Shown here: positions 7,537 through 14,783 of the stretch, in pieces
Numbering within the stretch: position 1 is the stretch's first letter
Layout: each line of letters opens with the position of its first letter
DNA from: a bacterium
GTDB lineage: Bacteria; Arandabacterota; Arandabacteria; Arandabacterales; JALGWA01
NCBI GenBank assembly: GCA_050125095.1
Contig: JASFEA010000080.1
Coordinates: 1-14,783 of the forward strand
DNA: 14,783 bases
Direction: 5' to 3'
Made by a program: the position numbers and the translations under genes
The notes under the pieces: generated by a model
What the model was told of the DNA's origin: nothing
Databases searched by the model: none
Seen by the model: only the letters and a program-made list of their open reading frames with translations

Positions 7537-7566
7537 TTGACGCTTGGGCCGGCGCTGTGTTACCTT
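7537..7566 (+). promoter_or_regulatory. Sigma70-type promoter for serS (divergent)
   Basis: TTGACG (7537-7542), 18-nt spacer, TACCTT (7561-7566), preceded by TGn. Confidence 0.5.
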
Positions 7567-7599
7567 GCACAAAACACATGAAACCGGAGACATCCTCAA

Positions 7600-8871
7600 A
7601 TGCTGGATCCCAAATTTATCCGGGCCAATCCCGACGCCGTCAGGGAGGCGGTGAGGAACAAGCTCGAGAAGGTCGATATCGACGAATTCCTGAAACTCGA
7701 CGGGGAGCGCCGCGACCTCCTTCAGGAAGCCGACGCCCTCAAACAAGAGCGCAACACCGTCTCGGAGGAGATCGCCCGCGATAAGAAGCAAGGCGGCGAC
7801 CCCAGGGCAAAAATCGAGGAGATGCGCGCGGTCTCGGCCAAGATCAAGAACCTTGACGGCATGCTCAAGCAAGTCGAGGAGAAGATCGACTCCGTGCTCA
7901 TGTGGGTCCCCAACATCCCGCATCCGGACGTGCCCGTGGGGAGGGATGAGAACGACAACCAGGTAGTGCGAGAATGGGGCTCGCCTCCGGAGTTCGACTT
8001 CGAGCCCAGGCCCCACTGGGACGTCGCCGAGGCCCTTGACATGGTCGATTTCAAGCGCGGCGCGACCGTAGCCGGGAGCAATTTCGTCATCTTCAAGGGG
8101 AAGGGCGCGAAGCTCGTGCGCGCGCTGATGTCGTTTATGCTGGACATGCATATCGAGAAGCACGGGTACAGGGAAATCTGGCCCCCGTGTCTTTCCAACC
8201 GCGACGCAATGTTCGGCACCGGACAGCTGCCCAAGCTGGAAGAGGACATGTATCACGCGCCCGTCGACGACTTCTTTCTCATACCGACCGGGGAGGTGCC
8301 GCTGACCAACCTCCACAGGGGCGAGATCCTGGACGGCGAAGATCTTCCACTCCGCTACACGGCTTACACCCCTTGCTTCAGGCGGGAGGCCGGCTCCTAC
8401 GGCAAAGACACGCGGGGGCTTCAGCGCGTTCACCAGTTCGACAAGGTGGAGCTCGTGAAGCTCGTAAGACCAGGGACCAGCTATGACGAACTCGAGTCGC
8501 TGGTCGCGGACGCCGAGGACATTCTCCAGGCTCTAGGGCTGGCGTACCGGGTCAACATGCTGTGCACGGGAGAGCTCTCCTTCGCCGCGGCCAAGTGCTA
8601 CGACCTCGAAGTCTTCGCGCCGGCCCACAAGAGATGGCTGGAAGTCTCGTCCTGCTCCAACTTCGAGGACTTCCAGGCGCGGCGCACCGGCATCAGGTTC
8701 AGGCCCGCCAGGGGGGAGAAGGCGCAGTTCGTTCATACCCTCAACGGTTCCGGAGTGGCCTTCCCGAGGGCTATCATCGCGATACTGGAGACCTATCAGA
8801 CCCGGGACGGAAAGGTGCGGGTGCCGGACGTCCTCGTCGCCTATATGGGCGGGCTGGAGGTCATCGAATAG
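7600..8871 (+). CDS. serS: Serine--tRNA ligase
   Basis: MLDPKFIR N-terminal coiled-coil arm; LIPTGEVPL, CFRREAGSYGKDTRGLQRVHQFDKVE, EVSSCSNFEDFQARR and HTLNGSG. Confidence 0.98.
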   Translation: MLDPKFIRANPDAVREAVRNKLEKVDIDEFLKLDGERRDLLQEADALKQERNTVSEEIARDKKQGGDPRAKIEEMRAVSAKIKNLDGMLKQVEEKIDSVLMWVPNIPHPDVPVGRDENDNQVVREWGSPPEFDFEPRPHWDVAEALDMVDFKRGATVAGSNFVIFKGKGAKLVRALMSFMLDMHIEKHGYREIWPPCLSNRDAMFGTGQLPKLEEDMYHAPVDDFFLIPTGEVPLTNLHRGEILDGEDLPLRYTAYTPCFRREAGSYGKDTRGLQRVHQFDKVELVKLVRPGTSYDELESLVADAEDILQALGLAYRVNMLCTGELSFAAAKCYDLEVFAPAHKRWLEVSSCSNFEDFQARRTGIRFRPARGEKAQFVHTLNGSGVAFPRAIIAILETYQTRDGKVRVPDVLVAYMGGLEVIE

Positions 8872-8884
8872 ACCCCTGTTACGG

Positions 8885-9340
8885 GTGAGCAAAGTGCGAT
8901 TTCTGGTAGACCGGACAGCCGGGAAACTGGCCCGTTATATGAGAATCCTGGGGATCGATACGGACTATATCGCGACCTGCGACATGCCGCCTATCGTCAA
9001 GCTCGCGAGGCAGTCGGGACGCACGGTGGTGACCCGTAACGCGCGGCTCGTCGACCGGCTGGGCGGCGGCCTTCTTCTTGAGAGCGACGCGCTGTCTGAA
9101 CAGGTGACGCAGGTCGTGCGGACCGTCGGCGAGGAAAACCTCGCTCCGTTCACCCGTTGCAGCGTCTGTAACGAGAAGCTCAAACGCGTGGAGAAGGAGA
9201 GCCTTAAGGGCAGGATACCCGAATACGTATATGAGACGCAGGACGAGTTCGCCACCTGCCCTTCATGCGGAAGATACTACTGGAAGGGAACGCATTGGGA
9301 TAAGATGAAAGAGGACATCGAGAGAATGGTGGGAGGTTGA
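8885..9340 (+). CDS. Mut7-C RNase domain protein (PIN-like fold plus Zn ribbon)
   Basis: FLVDRTAGKLARYMRILGIDT, R..VTR, FTRCSVCN...CPSCGRYYWKGTHW. Confidence 0.88.
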   Translation: MSKVRFLVDRTAGKLARYMRILGIDTDYIATCDMPPIVKLARQSGRTVVTRNARLVDRLGGGLLLESDALSEQVTQVVRTVGEENLAPFTRCSVCNEKLKRVEKESLKGRIPEYVYETQDEFATCPSCGRYYWKGTHWDKMKEDIERMVGG

Positions 9341-9347
9341 TCTTGAG

Positions 9348-10208
9348 ATGACGACAGTCGGAGAGAGAGTCAAAGGCATGATACCGGTGCTCAAGGTGGA
9401 GGGCGAGACCGTCCCCGAGGTCTGGGAGCGGGCGGTCATTCTCTGCTGGAACGAAGGCATAAGCATCAGGACCGAATACGACCGTCCCGACGACCCGCCC
9501 AGCAGGGACTGCTCCATGATCATGGTGATGAATGACCCTCTGGGCGAGCCCCGCATCCACAGGGCCTTTCCCGGCGGGCTCGAGGACCTTGAGGTATACC
9601 GGCTCGAGGTCGTGGACGGAATACACGACGACTGGATCAAGCCGGAAGAGGGCAAGTGGAGCTACACCTATCACGAGCGGCTGTATTCGTATCCGCACGC
9701 GGAAGGCGCAGAGCGCATTGACCAGATGGCCTACATCGCCGACAAGCTCTCGAAGGCCCCCTATTCTCGGCGGGCCCAGGCCATTACCTGGGTGGTCAAG
9801 ACCGACAGGTTCTTCGAGGACCCACCCTGCCTGCAGAGGATATGGTGCAGGCTCATGGACGAGGGCGACCGGTCGGTTCTCAATATGAACGTCCACTGGC
9901 GGTCGAGAGACGCCTACAAGGCCGCTTTCATGAATCTATTCGCGCTCACAGACCTCATGCGCCGCATGGCCGGGTCAATAGAGGAAAAAATCGGCAGGCC
10001 GGTCGCCTGCGGCAGGTACGCCGAGTTCGTGGACAGCTTCCATATCTACGGATCCTACTTCAAGGAGTTCGAGGGCTTCCTCAAGACAGTCGAGAAGCGC
10101 AAGTTCGAGGACCGGGTCTGGGACTCGAGTTTCGCAGAGCCGGTTTTCGAGGAGGCAAGGAAGAAAGTCGCCGACGGCACCTGGAACTGGCGCGAGCAGA
10201 GCGAGTAA
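9348..10208 (+). CDS. Thymidylate synthase family protein (archaeal-type ThyA-like)
   Basis: YTYHERL, SRRAQAITW, catalytic PPCLQ, WRSRD..AFMN and DSFHIY. An alternative start exists at ATG 9378. Confidence 0.8.
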   Translation: MTTVGERVKGMIPVLKVEGETVPEVWERAVILCWNEGISIRTEYDRPDDPPSRDCSMIMVMNDPLGEPRIHRAFPGGLEDLEVYRLEVVDGIHDDWIKPEEGKWSYTYHERLYSYPHAEGAERIDQMAYIADKLSKAPYSRRAQAITWVVKTDRFFEDPPCLQRIWCRLMDEGDRSVLNMNVHWRSRDAYKAAFMNLFALTDLMRRMAGSIEEKIGRPVACGRYAEFVDSFHIYGSYFKEFEGFLKTVEKRKFEDRVWDSSFAEPVFEEARKKVADGTWNWREQSE

Positions 10209-10267
10209 CAACAAGTGTGTGCTGTGTGTACCGGCGCGCACGCGACCGGAGAGAGGGAGGGTAGACC

Positions 10268-11512
10268 GTGAGGCTGCGCGCAATTGTGAACGTGACCGGC
10301 GCCAGGACTTACACCTTCATCGCCGCGATGATATTGGTCGTACTGATATTCGCTTACACGTATTCCCTGGTGAGGAGCTTCGAGGTGCAGACGAACACCC
10401 TGACGAGAGTGTTCGCCAAGTTCTGCGCCGCCGCGACCTATCCCGCGACGCGCGACGAGGAAGTGCGCTACATCTTCGACGAGATAATAAAGGACATCAA
10501 CTTCCCCATCGTCATCACCGACCCGAGAGGCGTGCCCTACACCTGGAAGAACGTCGGGGAGCATATCAGCGCCGACGATGTCAGCTGGGACCTCTTCGTG
10601 GATACAAACCCGGCCGACCCGCCGCCGGGGACCATGAGCGAGATAATAGCGGTCGTGAACGAAATGGACGCGCGCAACCAGCCGGTACTCATGTTTGATC
10701 CCGTGACCGGCAGGTTCCTGGGCAGCGTGCACTACGGGGAGCCGGCGATCACAAGCGGCCTCAAATGGCTTCCGCTTGCGTCCGGGGCGCTGCTCGCCGT
10801 ATTCATACTTATGAGTTATCTGGGCCTCCGCGGAATAATCGTCGGCGAGCGCAGATCGATATGGGTGGGCATGGCCAAGGAGACGGCGCATCAGCTTGGA
10901 ACGCCCCTGTCGTCGCTCATGGGTTGGGTGCAGATTCTCAAGGAGCACTCGGCCGACGACCGCACGCGCCGGGCCGTACACGAGATGGAAAGCGACATCA
11001 TGCGCCTCACCAAGATCGCCTCGCGTTTCGGCAAAGTCGGCTCGCCGCCCAGGCTCGACATGGAAGACGTGGTGGAGATCGCGCGCAGCGCCGTCGACTA
11101 TCAGAAGAAGCGCCTCCCTTCGCTCGGCAAGGAAGTGGAGATCAAGGAGCATTACGGCAACGTGCCCAGGACGCTGGTCAACACCGACCTCCTGGAGTGG
11201 GCCGTGGAAAACCTCGTCAAGAACGCCATCGACGCCCAGGACAAGTCCAGGGGCATCGTTGAAGTCAGAACTACTTATATTCCCCAGAAGCACGTGGTAT
11301 CAATAGAGGTTGAGGACAACGGCAGGGGAATGGACCAGAAGAGCTCCAAGAAGATATTCGATCCCGGCTTCACGACGCGCAAGGGCGGCTGGGGGCTGGG
11401 ACTCCCGCTTGCGAGGCGCGTCGTGGAAGAGTACCATGGAGGCAAGCTGAGACTGGTAAGAACGACCCCCGGGCGGGGCTCGCTCTTCGTCATAGAGATC
11501 CCCGCGGTATGA
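10268..11512 (+). CDS. Membrane sensor histidine kinase
   Basis: Two TM segments; H-box WVGMAKETAHQLGTPLSSL, N-box ENLVKNAIDA, G1 DNGRGM, F-box IFDPGFTT, G2 GWGLGL. Confidence 0.93.
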   Translation: MRLRAIVNVTGARTYTFIAAMILVVLIFAYTYSLVRSFEVQTNTLTRVFAKFCAAATYPATRDEEVRYIFDEIIKDINFPIVITDPRGVPYTWKNVGEHISADDVSWDLFVDTNPADPPPGTMSEIIAVVNEMDARNQPVLMFDPVTGRFLGSVHYGEPAITSGLKWLPLASGALLAVFILMSYLGLRGIIVGERRSIWVGMAKETAHQLGTPLSSLMGWVQILKEHSADDRTRRAVHEMESDIMRLTKIASRFGKVGSPPRLDMEDVVEIARSAVDYQKKRLPSLGKEVEIKEHYGNVPRTLVNTDLLEWAVENLVKNAIDAQDKSRGIVEVRTTYIPQKHVVSIEVEDNGRGMDQKSSKKIFDPGFTTRKGGWGLGLPLARRVVEEYHGGKLRLVRTTPGRGSLFVIEIPAV

Positions 11513-11552
11513 TGCGGGGCGCTGAGCGCGGCACAGCGAGGTGACCGGAAAC

Positions 11553-13115
11553 ATGGCTGAATCCAAGACAACTATACTCTGGGTGGACGATGAGATAGAT
11601 CTTCTCAAGAGCCACATCCTATTTCTTGAGGAAAAGGGCTATGAAGTAATACCGGTCTCCAACGGGGAAGACGCGGTGCGCATCGTCGCCACGAAGCCTC
11701 CCAACATAATGCTGCTCGACCAGATGATGCCCGGCCTTGACGGCATATCGACTTTCTTGAGAGTAAAGGAGGTCAACCAGGCCGTGCCGGTCATCATGAT
11801 CACCAAGATAGAAGAGGACGAGCTCATCGACGAGGCCTTGAGAAAGCGCATAGATGACTTCCTGTTGAAGCCCGTAAACCCCGTCCAGATACTCTCGGCG
11901 GTAAGGAGGATACTGGAAAGCAAGGCCATTCGCGAGAAGGAGCTCTCCCGCGAGTACGTGGATCACTTCAACGAGATAGAGGCGATGAAGTCCGCGGCGG
12001 AGGGGTGGGAGGACTGGATAAATATACATGAGAGGCTGAGCGAATGGGACAACATCCTGGATGAGTTCCCCGACAGCGGGCTCATGCAGACTCACCTGGA
12101 CCAGCGGCGGCAGTGTAACGTCGACTTCAGCATGTTCATCGAGAAGAACTACCGGACCTGGGTCAATGACGGCGAGAGACCGAGGTTCTCAGTAGACATA
12201 GTAAAGGACTTCGTCGCTCCCCACAGGCGTGAAGGCCGCAGGGTGTATTTCATAGTGATCGACTGCCTCAGGCTTGACCAGTGGCTGGCCATACAGCCGA
12301 TGCTCGAGCCCTATTACAATGTCCGGTTAGACCACTATTACTCCATCCTCCCGACGGCGACGCCCTACTCGCGGAACGCGATATTCAGCGGCCTGTTCCC
12401 GAGCGAGATCGCGTCGGTCCACCCGCAGTACTGGAACGAGCAGGAAGACGATGAGGTCGGCAAGAACCGCTTCGAGAGGCAGCTCATGGACGCGCAGCTC
12501 AAGAGGATGGGGCTCGCCGTGACCCCGCCCGTCAAGTATCTCAAAGTATACGATGCCGATGAAGCCCAGCTGGTTAAGCGCCAGATCCCCACGCTGGGGA
12601 ATTTGCCGATGGTGGCCCTGGTTTTCAACTTCGTGGACATTGTCGCGCACAGCCGGTCGGAGATGCGGATATTGCAGGAGATCCTCCCCAACGAATCGGC
12701 TTACCGCAGCTTCACCCGGTCCTGGTTTGCCCATTCGCCGCTCCTGGATATAATGAAGGCCGTAGCCCAGGAGGACGCTGTGGTTGTGGTCACGACGGAC
12801 CACGGTTCGGTGCTGGTGAGAAGGTCGGCCAAGGTGCTGGGCGACCGGGATACCTCGACCAACGTCCGGTACAAGTACGGCAACAACCTGAACACCGACG
12901 CTCGCCAGGCGCTCTATATAAAGGCCCCGCTGGACTATAAGCTCCCCGCCGAAGGGCTCAACAAGAACTACATCGTCGCCAAGGAGGATTTCTACTTCGT
13001 CTATCCCACCAATTTCCATGAGTACGAAAGGTACTTCAGGGACAGTTTCCAGCATGGCGGGATATCCTTAGAGGAGATGGTCCTCCCATGCGTGACTCTC
13101 GAGCCGAAGAGATAG
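11553..13115 (+). CDS. porX: PorX-like response regulator (receiver plus PglZ/alkaline-phosphatase-superfamily domain)
   Basis: Receiver ILWVDDE...LLDQMMPG...LKPVNP; PglZ-type motifs IDCLRLDQW, SILPTATPYSRNAIFSG, NFVD..H, TTDHG and FQHGGISLEEM; followed by tsaE as in Bacteroidota. Start ATG 11553 follows GAGGTG. Confidence 0.85.
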   Translation: MAESKTTILWVDDEIDLLKSHILFLEEKGYEVIPVSNGEDAVRIVATKPPNIMLLDQMMPGLDGISTFLRVKEVNQAVPVIMITKIEEDELIDEALRKRIDDFLLKPVNPVQILSAVRRILESKAIREKELSREYVDHFNEIEAMKSAAEGWEDWINIHERLSEWDNILDEFPDSGLMQTHLDQRRQCNVDFSMFIEKNYRTWVNDGERPRFSVDIVKDFVAPHRREGRRVYFIVIDCLRLDQWLAIQPMLEPYYNVRLDHYYSILPTATPYSRNAIFSGLFPSEIASVHPQYWNEQEDDEVGKNRFERQLMDAQLKRMGLAVTPPVKYLKVYDADEAQLVKRQIPTLGNLPMVALVFNFVDIVAHSRSEMRILQEILPNESAYRSFTRSWFAHSPLLDIMKAVAQEDAVVVVTTDHGSVLVRRSAKVLGDRDTSTNVRYKYGNNLNTDARQALYIKAPLDYKLPAEGLNKNYIVAKEDFYFVYPTNFHEYERYFRDSFQHGGISLEEMVLPCVTLEPKR

Positions 13116-13119
13116 GGCA

Positions 13120-13620
13120 GTGTTTGAAATAGCGGAGTTCCTTTCCACATCACCCGAAGAAACCTCCCGCCTCGGCGAGCGGCTGGCGGCTCACCTGAGA
13201 GCCGGCGACGTCGTGGCCCTCACGGGGGCAATAGGGGCGGGCAAATCCCTTTTCGCCAGGGCCGTTGCCGGAGGCCTCGGCGTCGACGTGACGATGACGA
13301 GCCCGAGTTTCGTCATCGTGGCTTCTTACGAAGGCGGCGAGGACGGCCCCGATGTTAATCACATCGACCTCTACCGGTTGCACGATTACGGCGAGGCCCT
13401 GGCCGCGGGCGTAGGCGACGCCGTCCGCTCGGATGCCGTGAGCCTGGTGGAGTGGGCGGATCATGTGCCCGAAGTCCTGCCGGCCGAGAGAATCGAAATA
13501 CGATTCGAGCCGGGCAGGGGAGTCGATGAGAGACTTATCGCCATCGAGCCCTCTGGCTATGATCTGGGCGCGAGGCTGTTTGATTTCATGAGGGCAATAA
13601 TAAAGGAGCGTTTCAGTTGA
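13120..13620 (+). CDS. tsaE: tRNA threonylcarbamoyladenosine biosynthesis ATPase TsaE
   Basis: Walker A GAIGAGKS, SPSF, HIDLYRL and LVEWAD. Confidence 0.95.
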   Translation: MFEIAEFLSTSPEETSRLGERLAAHLRAGDVVALTGAIGAGKSLFARAVAGGLGVDVTMTSPSFVIVASYEGGEDGPDVNHIDLYRLHDYGEALAAGVGDAVRSDAVSLVEWADHVPEVLPAERIEIRFEPGRGVDERLIAIEPSGYDLGARLFDFMRAIIKERFS

Positions 13621-14354
13621 GAGTGCTTGCGATAGAGACGACGGGGGCCGTGGGCAGCTTCGCAATAGTCCGGGGCCCGGCGGCGGGCGCGGGGGATGAG
13701 ACCGGGCCCGAAATCGTCGCCGAGACAAACCGGGACATATTGGGCCGGCACGTGGAGATGAGCGTCGATATAGTGAGGGAAGTGCTGGATGAGGCCGGTG
13801 TGCGGCTCGAAGACCTCGACGGGCTGGCGGTGTCGCTCGGCCCGGGTTCCTTCACCGGCCTCAGGGTCGGCCTCGGCATTGCCAAGGGGCTCTGCGTAGG
13901 CGCCGGCCTCCAGCTTGCCGGCGTGCCGACGCTTGACTGCCTGGCCCGCCCTCTGGCCGGCCGCGGCGGCATGGTGGCGACGGCCAGGGACGCGAGGAGG
14001 GGCGAGATATACTGCTCCCTGTACAGGCCGGGCGAGGGCGGGCTGGAGCGGCTCACCGGCTATATGTCGCTTGCGCCGGAAGACCTCATTGAAGAGATTC
14101 AGGCCATGCGGGGCACCCCGGGCGAGCGCGTCACGCTCGTGGGCGACGCCATCGCCACATACGGCGATATACTGCTGAGAATGCCGGGCGAGGTTGACTT
14201 CGCCCCCGAGGATATGTGGAATGTAAAGGCCTCGGTGGTCGGGGCCGTCGGGCTGGAGCACCTGGCGTCGGGGCTTGTGCTTGACATGGACTCGGCTGAG
14301 CCGATTTACGTCAGGCCCTCCGAGGCCGAACGCATGCGAAAGGGCCTCAAGTGA
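13617..14354 (+). CDS. tsaB: tRNA threonylcarbamoyladenosine biosynthesis protein TsaB
   Basis: VLAIETT, GPGSFTGLRVG, DARRGEIY and PIYVRPS; TTGA overlap with tsaE. Confidence 0.95.
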   Translation: MRVLAIETTGAVGSFAIVRGPAAGAGDETGPEIVAETNRDILGRHVEMSVDIVREVLDEAGVRLEDLDGLAVSLGPGSFTGLRVGLGIAKGLCVGAGLQLAGVPTLDCLARPLAGRGGMVATARDARRGEIYCSLYRPGEGGLERLTGYMSLAPEDLIEEIQAMRGTPGERVTLVGDAIATYGDILLRMPGEVDFAPEDMWNVKASVVGAVGLEHLASGLVLDMDSAEPIYVRPSEAERMRKGLK

Positions 14355-14365
14355 GATATGACAGG

Positions 14366-14783
14366 ATGACGGGCGGCAAGAGACCCGCCATCAGGCGGAT
14401 GCGCGAGGAAGACATCGACGAGGTTTACCGCATCGAGGAGGACCTCTTTCCCATGCCATGGCCCAGGCGGAGCTTCGTCTTCGAGGTGGGAAACGAAAAA
14501 ACCTCATATGCAATAGTCGCCGCCGAGGATAACGTCATCATAGGCTACGCCATCGGCTGGTTCGTGGGCGACGAGCTCCATATAGGCAACGTCGCGGTGA
14601 GGAGGGACCGGCAGGGCGCCGGCGTCGGCAGGGACCTCCTGGAGGACTTTCTGCGCGAGGCTTCGGCGAGGGACGCGTCCTGCGTCACGCTCGAGGTCAG
14701 GGCGAGCAACGTAAAGGCAATCGCGCTTTACCGCAGGTACGGCTTCAGGGGGATAGCCATCCGGAGGAACTACTACACGGACA
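14366..14783 (+). CDS. rimI: Ribosomal protein S18 alanine N-acetyltransferase RimI; 3'-truncated, absent from the ORF track
   Basis: Own translation: MTGGKRPAIRRMREEDIDEVYRIEEDLFPMPW...ELHIGNVAV...QGAGVG...TLEVRASNVKAIALYRRYGF..IAIRRNYY; tsaE-tsaB-rimI synteny. An alternative start is GTG 14351, overlapping the tsaB stop. Confidence 0.93.
   Translation, partial: MTGGKRPAIRRMREEDIDEVYRIEEDLFPMPWPRRSFVFEVGNEKTSYAIVAAEDNVIIGYAIGWFVGDELHIGNVAVRRDRQGAGVGRDLLEDFLREASARDASCVTLEVRASNVKAIALYRRYGFRGIAIRRNYYTD

Noticed and set aside
7567-7599. T-box riboswitch upstream of serS
   Set aside because: The leader is far too short and has no T-box consensus.
6571-8433. 620-aa minus-strand ORF
   Set aside because: The N-terminal 332 codons are mostly the antisense shadow of serS plus the promoter region. 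The real gene starts at 7437, with an RBS, signal peptide and paralog alignment.
7600-8871. serS as part of a selenocysteine locus
   Set aside because: SerRS does charge tRNA-Sec, but it is a universal housekeeping gene. No selA, selB, selC or selD is visible in the window, so the proximity may be coincidental.
10209-10267. GTGTGT repeats and a CCGG-CGCG hairpin before the kinase
   Set aside because: Short, low-complexity and expected by chance at this GC content; there is no U-tract.
11553-13115. BREX anti-phage system (PglZ domain)
   Set aside because: The PglZ domain is fused to a receiver domain and sits before tsaE, which is the PorX architecture. No brxC, pglX or brxL is present.
498-13728. 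Long antisense and alternate-frame ORFs (for example 498..1655, 2398..3543, 3800..4636, 10055..11293, 12327..13055)
   Set aside because: They are shadows of well-supported genes in GC-rich DNA and carry no recognisable motifs.

Overview
GC-rich bacterial chromosomal segment. The porX-tsaE synteny, the kinase family and the C-terminal WGxIKxxYR motif suggest an FCB-group lineage (inference). Left (+): the end of a nucleotide-sugar/surface-polysaccharide cluster (UDP-glucuronate decarboxylase-like SDR, then a WbpB/WbpD/WbpE-like dehydrogenase, acetyltransferase and aminotransferase) and a separately promoted WecA/TagO-like gene. Middle (-): three secreted-protein genes that all end in [T/S]WGxIKx[M/I]YR. 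Right (+): serS, Mut7-C RNase, an archaeal-type thymidylate synthase, a sensor kinase, a PorX-like REC-PglZ regulator, tsaE, tsaB and partial rimI. Main finding: the ORF called as 5151..5570 probably does not end at its TGA. The frame stays open for 61 more codons, completes a CBM6/35-like beta-sandwich and ends in the same C-terminal motif as its neighbours. A perfect 8-bp hairpin with a G-rich loop lies 18 nt after the UGA, as expected of a bacterial SECIS. This is a candidate new secreted selenoprotein (4965..5519, Sec at codon 123).
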